A stretch of 34,675 nt of DNA from Geosiphon pyriformis uo1 (taxonomy: Eukaryota; Fungi; Glomeromycota). Both the position numbers and the translations under genes were made by a program. The notes under the pieces were generated by a model. It saw only the letters and a list, made by a program, of their open reading frames with translations. It was not told the DNA's origin and did not search any database. Position 1 is the first letter of the stretch; the number at the start of each line of letters is the position of its first letter. The stretch is taken from assembly GCA_016748015.1 (NCBI GenBank), contig JAAOMT010000168.1, positions 1 to 34,675 on the forward strand, in the 5' to 3' direction. Shown one piece after another: positions 24,201-34,675 of the stretch.

Positions 24201-25026
24201 TTTGATATATAAATTAAAATTCATTGTATAATGTTATAAATAATGTTAATCATTTATTTCCTTTTAGAAATTAAACTTCAAACCTTCTTTTGAACTATAT
24301 AGTAACTTTACGATTTTTTCTGTTTTTGGATTATTTTTTAGAAAATCTATTTGGTAATATTTCAAATTTTATTTTCAATTGAATAATAGATAGCAGTAAA
24401 ATTACTTTTTGTAACATTCTGAAACATTATTATTATTATTATAATTAAAATTTAGTAAAAATCAAGATAAATATTTATAAGTATTAAATTATATAAAATT
24501 AAAAACAATAAAACCTAAATTAATAATATACCATTTTTATATTAATTTGTTTGATTATTCGAAAAATAAAACAATCAGAAAAAATTCTTATATTAGATTT
24601 GCGCAAATTGTATTGTGAAATTAATATTGAAACTGAAAAAAAAAACAAAAAGTAAGTTTTTTGGATTATTTGAAAATATATATTTTAATTTAAAAATAAA
24701 TTGCTATAAAATTTATTTTTAATCTTTTTTCATTAAATTTAAGTATCTTTGTCAATTATTATTTTTATTTTTATGTTTGTGAATTTATCTTATAGTTAAA
24801 TACAATAACAATAACAGCTTTAATTTTATTATTACTATTTGTGATCTTTTTTGTAAATGCTTCGTTAACAAAATTTTGAATTTATAAAATTTATTAGACA
24901 ATGTGGTTTTCTGAAAAATAATCGATATTTAAATTCGAAAAAATTATAGTTCCAAAAATAGGATCAATCATCTCATTTACTACAAAAATTGTTTTTTCGG
25001 AACTGCGTGTCTGTCCATCCGTGGAA

Positions 25027-25502
25027 ATGACAAATGTCGATTCAGATACGGATTCAGAAGTCGGGGAAAGCAAACTTGACATTGAATTTTAGAGGCAGTG
25101 GGCTTCTAGCCGTTTTAAACCGACACTGCATTCATAGTTACAAGTTAACACATGGGTTATATAATGAAATTCATGTGCTACAGTTTGATGATGGACCGGA
25201 TTGCATTGGTCGAATCCCACTTGATCCGCCAAAGTATTACCAATAATGGCATGGCGAAAATATATCGCTCAAAACATCAAAGTGCCAGATGTATATGACT
25301 GGGGATTATAGTCACTTGAACCACATAAAGTTCTCATATATCATAATGGAACGTCTACCTGGATAGCATTAATACCGAGTCTTGGATCACCTAACGACTG
25401 AAAATAAAAAGCATATTTTAAACCAAATAGTTGACTTATTGTTTGAGTTGTTGTAAATGCCATTTCAAAAAAATCGTATGCCTTTATATGAATGGCCAAA
25501 AC
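25027..25502 (+). pseudogene. APH/choline-kinase-like phosphotransferase pseudogene fragment (N-lobe)
   Basis: Frameshifted fragments KLTHGLYNEIHVLQFDDGPDCIGRIP, KYIAQNIKVPDVYDWG, FSYIIMERLPG* and LTTENKKHILNQIVDLLFEL resemble fungal APH-family proteins (GxxN..F.DG...v.RiP; ipVP.v..w; yiimE...G). No catalytic C-lobe was seen. Confidence 0.72.
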
Positions 25503-26215
25503 GTAAGGTTTGTTTATTCTGATATGACGTTATTTAAACTTGCCCAATGTCTTGATAAACTTTTTTTTAGAAATACCGTCAATACTCTAAAGACTTTTGA
25601 TTAAGGACTGAAGAAACAATAATAACCTTATTAATGAGACTCTAATCCAATTTTATAAATTATTCAATAAATTTATTATTCACAAACATTATTTTTTTTT
25701 ACAAACGTTTTTTACTATCAAAAAATAATTTATTTGAAGTAAATGCTAAATAACACCAAATAATATGTAGGTAAGATTTTATACATAATAAAAATTCTTG
25801 AATTGGTTTCCTAAATAAAATTAAGTAATATTTAAGATTTTCTCATAATTTATCCATAGTTGTAAATAAAGTTTTTATCAATTGCAACACATTTTAGTTT
25901 GCTTATGCCTTTCAAACCTATATGATTTTGATGCAGAGTTAATAAAATTTTCAAAATTAATATTCCCTATATTTTATTGTTTCTGTTTAGTTTTATTAAC
26001 ATACATATTATATATTTAATAATCCTATTTTTAGAAATACAAAAGCGCTCTTTTCCGGATTTTTCATTGCTTTCTATCCATCTGGATAATAGGTTCTAAG
26101 ATTATTATATCTGCGCTTATAATTCCATTTCGATTCAAGTTAAAAACTCCCATCTCTGCTGCCTTTGAATATAGTTCAAATGCTTTTCCTCGTTATTCGT
26201 TGTTCCTAATCCTCG

Positions 26216-28570
26216 TCAATAGAAATCTTCAAGATTGTTGTGTGCACCTGTACTTTCCACCTCTACTGCTTTTGAATATACTTCGAAAGCTTTTTCCTCG
26301 TTTTTCGTTGTTCCTAATCCATTTAGATAACAATTTGCAAGATTGTGTTGTGCGTCTAGATCACCCGCCTCTGCTGTTTTTGAATAGAGTTCGAATGATT
26401 TTTCCACATTTTTCGTTGTTCCTAACCCATTTTGATAGCACCATCCAAGATTGTTTTGTGCCTTTAAATGCCCCATCTCTGCTGCTTTTGAATATAGCTC
26501 AAATGCTTTTCCCTCGTTTTTCGTTGTTCCTAATCCTTTTTGATAGCACCATCCAAGATTGTTTTGTGCCATTATATTACCCGCCTCTGCTGCTTTTGAA
26601 TATAGTTCGAATGCTTTTCCCTCGTTTTTCATTGTTCCTAATCCTTTTTGATAGCACCATCCAAGATTGTTTTGTGCATTTAAATGTCCCATCTCTGCTG
26701 CTTTTGAATATAGTTCGAATGCTTTTCCCTCGTTTTTTGCCTTTAAATGTCCCACCTCTGCTGCTTTTGAATATAGTTCGAATGCTTTTTCCCCGTTTTT
26801 CGCTGTTCCTAATCCATTTTGATAGCACTGTCTAAGACTGTATTGTGCCATTTTATGACCCGCCTCTGCTGCTTTTGAATATAGTTCGAATGCTTTTCCT
26901 TCGTTTTTCGTTGTTCCTAATCCTTTTTGATAGCACCATCCAAGATTGTTTTGTGCCTTTAAATGTCCCATCTCTGTTGCTTTTGAATATAGTTCGAATG
27001 CTTTTCCTTCGTTTTTCGTTGTTCCTAATCCATTTAGATAACAATTTGCAAGAAAGTATTGCGCATCTAGATTTTCCATCTCTGCTGCTTTTGAATAGAG
27101 TTCGAATGCTTTTTCCTCGTTTTTCGCTGTTCCTAATCCTTTTTGATAGCACCATCCAAGATTGTTTTGTGCCATTATATTACCCGCCTCTGCTGCTTTT
27201 GAATATAGTTCGAATGCTTTTCTCTCGTTTTTCGTTGTTCCTAATCCATTTTGATAGCACCATCCAAGATTTTTTTGTGCATTTAAATTTCCCACCTCTG
27301 CTGCTTTTGAATATAGTTCGAATGCTTTGCCCTCGTTTTTCGTTGTTCCTAATCCATTTAGATAACAATTTGCAAGATAGTATTGTGCATCTAGATTTTC
27401 CGTCTCTGCTGCTTTTGAATATAGCTCAAATGCTTTTCCCTCGTTATTCGTTGTTCCTAATCCTTTTTGATAGCACCATCCAAGATTGTTTTGTGCCATT
27501 ATATTACCCGCCTCTGCTGCTTTTAAATAGAGTTCAAATGCTTTTTCTTCATTTTTCGTTGTACCTAATCCTTTTTGATAGCACTGTCCAAGATTGTTTT
27601 GTGCACTTGGATTCCCCGCCTCTGCTGCTTTTGAATAGAATTCGAATGCTTTTCCCTCGTTTTTCGTTGTACCTAATCCTTTTTGATAGCACCATCCAAG
27701 AGTGTTTTTTGCATAGATATCTCCCGCCTCTGCCGCTTTTGAATAGAGTTCAAATGCTTTTTCCTCATTTTTCATTGTTCCTAATCCATTTTGATAGCAC
27801 CATCCAAGATTGTATTGTGCCATTTTATTACCCGCCTCTGCTGCATTTGAATATATTTCAAATGCTTTTTCCTCATTTTTCGTTGTTCCTAATCCTTTTT
27901 GATAGCACCATCCAAGATTTTTTTGTGCTTTTAAATTTCCCGCCTCTGCTGCTTTTAAATAGAATTCGAATGCTTTTCCCTCGTTTTTCGTTGTACCTAA
28001 TCCTTTTTGATAGCACTGTCCAAGATTATTTTGTGCACTTTGGTTTCCAGCCTCTGCTGCCTTTGAATAAAGTTCGAACGCTTTTCCCTTATTTTTCGTT
28101 GTTCCTAATCCATTTTGATAGCACCATCCAAGATTATTTTGTGCACTTGGATTTCCCGCCTCTGTTGCTTTTAAATAGAGTTCGAATGCTTTTCCTCTAT
28201 CTTGTGAGACACCAATTCCATTGCTATAACAATCACCTAAAAATAATTTTCCAAAAGAATCCTCTGCATTTGCTGCTTTCTGAAATTCTAAAAATGCTTT
28301 TGTTAAATTAGGGATAGTTCCAATCCCATGTTCTAAAGAAAAGCCGAGCAAGATATAGTCTATCGAACGCATTGAACTTTTATTATTTAAGCAATCGAAT
28401 AAGTCTTCAGGTTTTTTCTGATTGTGCTCAAGATATATTTTCACCAAGTTAGCAACTTTTGAATATTTGCTAGCTGGGAAAATGGCCAAATTTTCTTTGA
28501 TGACAATCAATGCTCCTTCAAGCCAGTCGAGGGGTGAAGTTGCGTTTTCAATTGATGATGTTGAAGACAT
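26216..28570 (-). CDS. Sel1-like repeat protein, 784 aa, about 21 repeats of 36 aa; paralog of 18694-20409
   Basis: N-terminus highly similar to gene 1 (SSIENATSPLDWLEG..NLAIFPASKYSKVA..LLGFSLEHGIGTIPNLTKAFLE). Repeats AQNNLGWCYQKGLGTTKNEGKAFELYSKAAEAG. One repeat has an in-frame 45-nt deletion. The TGA falls inside a decayed last repeat whose remnant continues to about 26150. Confidence 0.93.
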   Translation of the reverse strand: MSSTSSIENATSPLDWLEGALIVIKENLAIFPASKYSKVANLVKIYLEHNQKKPEDLFDCLNNKSSMRSIDYILLGFSLEHGIGTIPNLTKAFLEFQKAANAEDSFGKLFLGDCYSNGIGVSQDRGKAFELYLKATEAGNPSAQNNLGWCYQNGLGTTKNKGKAFELYSKAAEAGNQSAQNNLGQCYQKGLGTTKNEGKAFEFYLKAAEAGNLKAQKNLGWCYQKGLGTTKNEEKAFEIYSNAAEAGNKMAQYNLGWCYQNGLGTMKNEEKAFELYSKAAEAGDIYAKNTLGWCYQKGLGTTKNEGKAFEFYSKAAEAGNPSAQNNLGQCYQKGLGTTKNEEKAFELYLKAAEAGNIMAQNNLGWCYQKGLGTTNNEGKAFELYSKAAETENLDAQYYLANCYLNGLGTTKNEGKAFELYSKAAEVGNLNAQKNLGWCYQNGLGTTKNERKAFELYSKAAEAGNIMAQNNLGWCYQKGLGTAKNEEKAFELYSKAAEMENLDAQYFLANCYLNGLGTTKNEGKAFELYSKATEMGHLKAQNNLGWCYQKGLGTTKNEGKAFELYSKAAEAGHKMAQYSLRQCYQNGLGTAKNGEKAFELYSKAAEVGHLKAKNEGKAFELYSKAAEMGHLNAQNNLGWCYQKGLGTMKNEGKAFELYSKAAEAGNIMAQNNLGWCYQKGLGTTKNEGKAFELYSKAAEMGHLKAQNNLGWCYQNGLGTTKNVEKSFELYSKTAEAGDLDAQHNLANCYLNGLGTTKNEEKAFEVYSKAVEVESTGAHNNLEDFY

Positions 28571-28728
28571 GATTGAATATTTTGTATGTGTAAAGAAGAA
28601 TTATTGAAGAGTTCGTCTTGCTATTAAATAAGGATTTCAATCTATAATCACATTCCCGAAAAGGCTGGCCCTGAAGAAATCTGAAACGCTAGAAAGTTCA
28701 TTCCCTCACTTACATTCTTAAACGGGTA
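28571..28728 (-). promoter_or_regulatory. Conserved upstream block of Sel1 gene 2
   Basis: Reverse complement contains TACCCGTTTAA..TCTAGCGTTTCAGATTTCTT..GCCTTTTCGGGAATGTGA, as at 18547-18608. Confidence 0.6.
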
Positions 28729-29972
28729 GGAATCAAAGCCGCAAAAAGGCTAACTAGGCTTATCATTATCTTTTTGCTATTTTAATTACACTCTGTTTGG
28801 TGATTGCCGATTTCAATAGATTTCTTTGAAATGCACAATATAGTTACAAGGTTGCAGATGGGTTTCGCTAGCCCTAGCTGTCTTCTTTAAAGTCTTAATA
28901 ACAAGCTTAATATAATTTCTTTGTATTGTTTATCCTAGATTTCAGTTGATAGAACCAATTCAATTTAAAATTGTTATCTGTTTTAAGCATCTTTTACCTC
29001 AAATTAGTAGATGAATATATAATGCTAATGCACACATATCTACTAACTCAAGATTTCCGACCACTTGCATATAAACTTTTAAGATTTTGTCAATTAATGA
29101 AATCTACTTATAGAAGCTAACCTGTATACATCTTTGCTTTAAGATGATGTTGAAACTCTTAATTCAAACGCGACTGATGACAAAAGTGATATTATCACGA
29201 GGGATCTGATGTCCAATCAGGTAGGTGCGATATGTACTGTGATAGAATTTATTGCTGGGGCTGCATCTGACAACTACGATAGATGGTTAGCACCTTCTTT
29301 GGCTTTGTTGTAATCTATGCATACAGTCTGATACTTTATGTAATATACCACATTCGTAAAGAAAACATATGAAACTCATATGACACGCATGTGCATGTGC
29401 CAAGCAGCATACCTCTGTGATATCTCGAGCGAGAATAAAATTTTTTTTTAATTGAAGTTGATTCAATTATTAGAACAAATTTTCTTTTAAACTACTTTGG
29501 ATTCTTAAAAACAAGCTCTTGCTGGCATTAACATCAAAGAGAATCTCAAACATGAAGACTTTTTTATGTATTTCCAGCCAAAAAAGCATATTCATGTTGT
29601 GATACCACTTTCTTTCTTTCACTCCATAGCAAACATGATCTGCTTATTTTTAAAGGTTGGAAAAGATGCCTTATTGTGAGAAGGTTCTAAAACTTTTTAT
29701 TATCCAAACATGCTATTTTATGATTTTCTTATTAAGATTTATCAATTAATATGTGAGGAGGAGTCCCAAGAAATCTCGAATTAAATAAAAGTGAAAGTAC
29801 TGAGAGTAGTCGTCCACCAAAAATTTTCAAGTTCAACTAGTCTCCAAACATCAATTACTAATAAAAAAAAGGTTAGTATTGCTATGTTTCGTCGTTTTTA
29901 TAGAATCGGACCTGTCTTAATTGAATCTAAGCAGTCTTTCACAAATGAAGTTCCAACCCTAATCCTTATAAT

Positions 29973-30017
29973 AGAGAGTTTGCGCTACAATGATTTCTTT
30001 GTAAATTTACTTCTAGC
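29973..30017 (+). repeat. Left terminal inverted repeat (about 40-45 bp)
   Basis: Pairs with 32669-32714 with few mismatches. Confidence 0.9.
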
Positions 30018-30142
30018 AGTCCCAAATGGAATTCCTTGTAGAACAGAGTTTGCGCTACAATGATTTTCCTTGTAAATTTATTTCTGCAATTGGCTAGTGA
30101 TGTCACGTAATTTTAATGCAAACGCGTATCAAATCTCACCAT

Positions 30143-30681
30143 ATGGAGTCCGAGAACTTGACTTTTGACAGCCTGCGAATGGCTACACTTCTGCTACTAC
30201 TTCATAAGCGTCAACAGCAACTGGCCATAACAATGAAGACAATATTTGAACCTGAACGTCCATTGATTCCCAATACGAGACTTGATCTAAATGCACTTGA
30301 TGAGGGAACGTGTGTAGCATTTTTCCGGTATGAAGATTAAAGTTTTATATGATTAATGTGACAATAATGTTTTGAAAAGTATATTGAAGACAACGGCTTA
30401 TAGATTCAACAAAACACAGATAGAACAACTTGTTGAACACTTCCGAATTCCATCAGTTATCATTACAGAAAATCGTTTGCGGGCAACTGGAGTTGATTCA
30501 TTATGCATGTTACTTCGGCGAATGGCTTATCCAAACCGACATGTTGATACTGTTCACCTTTTTGGTCGACCAACTGATGAAATTTCTCGTTTCTGCCAAC
30601 ATATTATGCATATATTATACGATCGTTTCCATCATCTCCTCGATCAATTCGACCATGAACGATTGACACCTACACAACTGG
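30143..30681 (+). CDS. Harbinger/HARBI1-like DDE transposase, N-terminal part (runs into the assembly gap); intron 30328-30403
   Basis: Splicing CG|GTATGA...TAG|A gives CVAFFRFNKTQIEQLVEHFRIP..LCMLLRRMAYPNRHVDTVHLFGRPTDEISRF..HILYDRFHHLL, the FRF plus HTH region that precedes the IDGT catalytic motif in this family. The start could be 30116 or 30143. Confidence 0.85.
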
Positions 30682-31200
30682 NNNNNNNNNNNNNNNNNNN
30701 NNNNNNNNNNNNNNNNNNNNNNNNNNNNNNNNNNNNNNNNNNNNNNNNNNNNNNNNNNNNNNNNNNNNNNNNNNNNNNNNNNNNNNNNNNNNNNNNNNNN
30801 NNNNNNNNNNNNNNNNNNNNNNNNNNNNNNNNNNNNNNNNNNNNNNNNNNNNNNNNNNNNNNNNNNNNNNNNNNNNNNNNNNNNNNNNNNNNNNNNNNNN
30901 NNNNNNNNNNNNNNNNNNNNNNNNNNNNNNNNNNNNNNNNNNNNNNNNNNNNNNNNNNNNNNNNNNNNNNNNNNNNNNNNNNNNNNNNNNNNNNNNNNNN
31001 NNNNNNNNNNNNNNNNNNNNNNNNNNNNNNNNNNNNNNNNNNNNNNNNNNNNNNNNNNNNNNNNNNNNNNNNNNNNNNNNNNNNNNNNNNNNNNNNNNNN
31101 NNNNNNNNNNNNNNNNNNNNNNNNNNNNNNNNNNNNNNNNNNNNNNNNNNNNNNNNNNNNNNNNNNNNNNNNNNNNNNNNNNNNNNNNNNNNNNNNNNNN
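30682..31200. other. Assembly gap (519 N)
   Basis: Run of N. Confidence 1.
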
Positions 31201-31206
31201 TATACA

Positions 31207-32315
31207 CTAATTTTTATGCTCTAAACTACGCAATTGTAACTCCAATTCCAAAATCTTTATACGCTGTTCATTCTCCTTTTGACGTGCCTCTATTTCCATC
31301 TCACGTAATTTTATCTCTTTCTCTTTCCATTTATTGTCATATTCTAATTTTTCCTTCTGTAACTGTAAATCCTTTTCACGATATTCTCTTTCCAAGATTA
31401 AACGTTCTTGAGAATCTTTCTGTGCTTGCTCAGTTGCTGATACGAGTTGTGTAATTGACTTGGTTATTACCTGACCTTCCATGATAGTGGTTCGGATAAA
31501 ATCAGCTTTGGATTCACCTCGACGACGTTTTCTGATGCCTGAATTACCACTTTCCTTCTTTATATCCTTTCCTCCATCTCCCTCTTCATCGGTAGTATTG
31601 GCTATAGAAGATGTGTCATAATCGGAAGTTTTCCGTACCATTCCTCTCATTGCGCTTTGACGAATTATTTCTGCTTCATTTTCATCCTTTTCTATCTAAT
31701 AAAAATATTCTTTTAATATTTATACATTAATCGGAATAAAACTCACAAAACTCAGATTAAAAACCAATTACAGACCCATTAAAATTCCAAGAAAAGAATA
31801 ATACTTACCTTTTTTTTATTTTGTCCAATTTCAAAATCGCGAGCTTCTTGCGAATCATCCCATTGTTGCACCAATTCAGTAAGAAGAATCTCCTGTTCCT
31901 CATATTCTTCCTCAGTATCAGATGCACGAAGAGATTCTTACTCATCTGACTTCCATGTTGTAATGAGTTTCTCAAATTTGTCCTGCGCACGCCTATGATT
32001 AATTACACATTCCCCAACAGCAGCATTAAAACCATCTGCGACCTTAGTCCAGGCAGCTTTAATCTGACCATATGAAGCAGTGAAAGGCAGGTGAAGTTGG
32101 ATCTCCTTGAGCAAGATAATATTTTTTCCAGGATTCCAACGATATTGTTTCTTACGTTGTTTTTTAGGTGGGTTAACTTCAGAGACCTCTAAAAATAAAA
32201 ACACCATGAAATAATATATAAATGAATGAATTTTGGCAAAGGCTTTCTACGTACCATCAGCATCTGAGTTAGGACTAGTTGATAAGATTTTCGTATAATA
32301 ATAATAGATGGACAT
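31207..32315 (-). pseudogene. Transposon ORF2: Myb/SANT-like DNA-binding domain plus C-terminal coiled coil, with a premature stop; exons about 32315-32255, 32188-31809, 31695-31207
   Basis: KKQRKKQYRWNPGKNIILLKEI..PF..YGQIKAAWTKVADGFN..RRAQDKFEKLITTWKSDE*ESLRASDTEEEYEEQEILLTEL..KKK|IEKDENEAEIIRQSAMRGM..RKRRR..E/K/R-rich coiled coil. In-frame TAA at 31940-31938. Introns 32254-32189 and 31808-31696 are GT-AG. The true start is uncertain. Confidence 0.8.
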
Positions 32316-32668
32316 GCAGCTTATAAGTAGATAATGCAGTTGCAGAAGGGTATATGTGCGGCGGATGAAGTGAATGTGATGGCGGAGGGGTATGTGTGGC
32401 AAATGGAGTGAATGTGACAGCAGTTATTTGCGACGTGACAGGTAGTAGATAGTATAGTGAATGCTTATTCACTAACAATAAAAATGGTCCACAGTCTTAA
32501 AATAGGTTCGAGAATATCTCTCTTAGGTTTGGACATATTGTATGACATACCTTGTCAGCTTTTGGGCTACAGATTGCAAAAAATTAGATAACAAAAATCT
32601 CTTACTTGTAGAGGAGATCTACAAAGAATTCCGGTTTTAAATTTCTTTGTACAAGCCATAAATTTGTG

Positions 32669-32714
32669 GCTACAGGTAAATTTACAAAGAAAATCATTGT
32701 AGCGCAAACTCCCT
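32669..32714 (-). repeat. Right terminal inverted repeat
   Basis: GCTACAGGTAAATTTACAAAGAAAATCATTGTAGCGCAAACTCCCT is the inverse of the left end. Confidence 0.9.
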
Positions 32715-34675
32715 AATATTCAAATCATTCGAACGTTTTAAATAATAAAAACTTTGAGTTTTTTTGCCTAATAAAAAATGCTATTAAGCCTAAAATACAT
32801 TTCACTAAATAGTCATTTATTTTAATCGTGGTTTCTTGTTACTTTTTTGTTTTAAATTAAAATTTTACAGGCTTTTTAAAATATCATAAATTCATCAAGG
32901 AGATTTTAGTAGATGCTTTTTTTTCTTATTGTAGCAAATATATTTTTAAAGATGATGGTTACATCTTCAAATAAGACTCAGAAAATAGTTTTGTCAAAGT
33001 TTTTTTTTTAACTATCAAAGTTCTCATGAGCAGTTTTATTTTTGTAAAAAATAAATAAATAAATATATAACGCATATAAAATACTAATCAAACTGCTTCT
33101 AATTAAAAAGATTTTTGAATTTTGAATATTGAATACAGATTCCCAATAAAAAAAACTGTCATCATAGCTCATTATTATGTTTGGTTAAATTAATACAGAA
33201 TTCTTTTTGTCTAAATTATTCCAAAAAGTATTGATATAAAACTATATAGCTGCTGTTATTTTGTTATGATATTTTTTTATTAAAAGATAAATTATGCTCA
33301 ATTTAAAAAATTAGCAGTCAAATTCTTTGAAAATTTTCAAAAAGGGTAAATTGGACACTCAAAGTTTGCCTTTTTTTTCATAAAATGCTTTAGAAATTGA
33401 ATAAAGTTGTACAAAATTCAAAGAGATGATTTAATAATGCTAAAAGTTATGAATTTTATTTGTGAAACTCAAAAGAGGCATCTTGGATATTTAGCAAGAA
33501 AAAAATCCTTGTTTAAGACATAAGGTTTGTTCAATTTTTTCAAATAATGACACATTATGCAAAGCAGTGTATTTTGCTAAAGTACATGAAATTAATAGTA
33601 TAAAACTTTATAGGGGCAAATTTTTGAAATTATGAAAAAAGCTCAATTTCTACTGATTTTCAGCCAGGTTGTCTGCGAAAACAGCACAGAAGAAATCCAA
33701 AACTGAATTACTGTGTATATTAAAAGTGAATAACTTTATAGTGAGCTTTGCAACTTTGACTATTCAGTTTCTAATGGAGAAATAAAAACATTTAAATTGG
33801 AATCAAAAATTTAAGTGACACAAAACAAAAAATGAGTAGGCGATGCAAAAGGTTCAGTACATGAAATTAGTGGTGGTAGGTTTTTAAAGAAGCTCTTTTA
33901 TCAATTTTAGATTTTCAAATATTTAATGTAAACTTAAAGTAATTAATAAATATCTATTTTACCCTATGTTACTGGTCTTAACTTATAAAAGAGATAACCC
34001 TAGAGCATTAATTATTATTATTATATTTGGTCAACCATGTCTAAACAATTAGGTATTTGTTTTCTATATTGATAAAAAATTCCTCAAATCTATCGAAACA
34101 CAAATTATAATGATTTCAACCACATATTACAACTGATAAAGAATTATATATATATATATATCCAAATATGGAGTTTTGGATTTCTCAAATTTTGATTGTA
34201 ACAATTGCTTAGATAAATGGCCTAGAAGGAAGGAAATTTTTCAAAGTTTTGGTTTTATTGCAATGAAGAAAATTTGGTTTTTTTTTAAAAATAGGTGGCT
34301 TTAATCTTTAGATCAGGATAGGGATGATATGATAACATGATAACATATGACATGTGATATTAGTATTGATTCTTTGCAACACGTGTCATATTATAAAAAC
34401 GCTTATAAAAAACTGCTAGATTTAAAATCAATTTAGAGAAAAAAACAAAATTTAATTTTATTGTAGAAATATAGGAATATTATCCATAGATTAGAAGATT
34501 TTTAGATGTAAAGAATTTATTGTTTAACCATCAGATTTTTTTTAGAACAAGAAAGTATTTTGAGCTTTGAATTCTTATGAAATAAACTTTTGCATTTATG
34601 GTTAATTTTTATATTCTCTATTTGTAAATATTACAAATAATAATAAATCAATAATATATTAATTAATGATATATT

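Larger units (their letters stand above)
29973..32714. mobile_element. PIF/Harbinger-superfamily (PHIS; Pangu-like) DNA transposon with two convergent ORFs
   Basis: Left end AGAGAGTTTGCGCTACAATGATTT-CTTTGTAAATTTAC matches the reverse complement of the right end AGGGAGTTTGCGCTACAATGATTTTCTTTGTAAATTTAC. Flanked by direct AAT (29970-29972 and 32715-32717). Encodes a HARBI1-like transposase (+) and a Myb/SANT-like coiled-coil protein (-), tail to tail. Confidence 0.9.

Noticed and set aside
26200-28311. Long + strand ORFs (488 aa and 211 aa) with repetitive Leu/Phe-rich sequence
   Set aside because: Antisense shadows of the 108-bp Sel1 repeats. The same applies to 18953-19339 and 20120-20311, and to the alternate-frame ORFs 26577-27368.
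29143-29313. GC-richer open frame of about 56 codons (DDVETLNS...APSLALL)
   Set aside because: No start or splice context or homology that I can support; possibly an old relic.
30372-31454. 360-aa ORF (and 30644-31207 minus) spanning the gap
   Set aside because: Artefact of translating through N. The post-gap part is antisense to ORF2.
34345-34391. 12-bp imperfect inverted repeat ATATGACA(T/C)GTG
   Set aside because: Too short and isolated to call a MITE or a structured RNA.

Overview
AT-rich eukaryotic genomic window with short GT-AG introns. The gene families present (BTB-BACK-TLDc, expanded Sel1-repeat genes, a TKL-type kinase, Lipase_3 paralogs) point to an early-diverging fungus, most likely Glomeromycotina; this is inferred from gene content only. 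In order: an intact 2-exon BTB-BACK-TLDc gene (2589-4088); a cluster of four class-3 lipase-like paralogs (7.1-16.7 kb: one intact 5-exon gene, one with a single frameshift, two decayed) in which the nucleophile Ser of GxSxG is replaced by Gly in the three readable copies; an NmrA-like pseudogene; two convergent paralogous Sel1-repeat genes built from near-identical 108-bp units with a few hypervariable positions, the first followed by a decayed kinase domain; an APH-like phosphotransferase pseudogene; and a two-ORF PIF/Harbinger-superfamily (Pangu-like) DNA transposon with TIRs and a target-site duplication (29973-32714) spanning a 519-N gap. The best candidates for an undescribed system are the secreted pseudo-lipase family and the hypervariable Sel1(-kinase) receptor-like pair.
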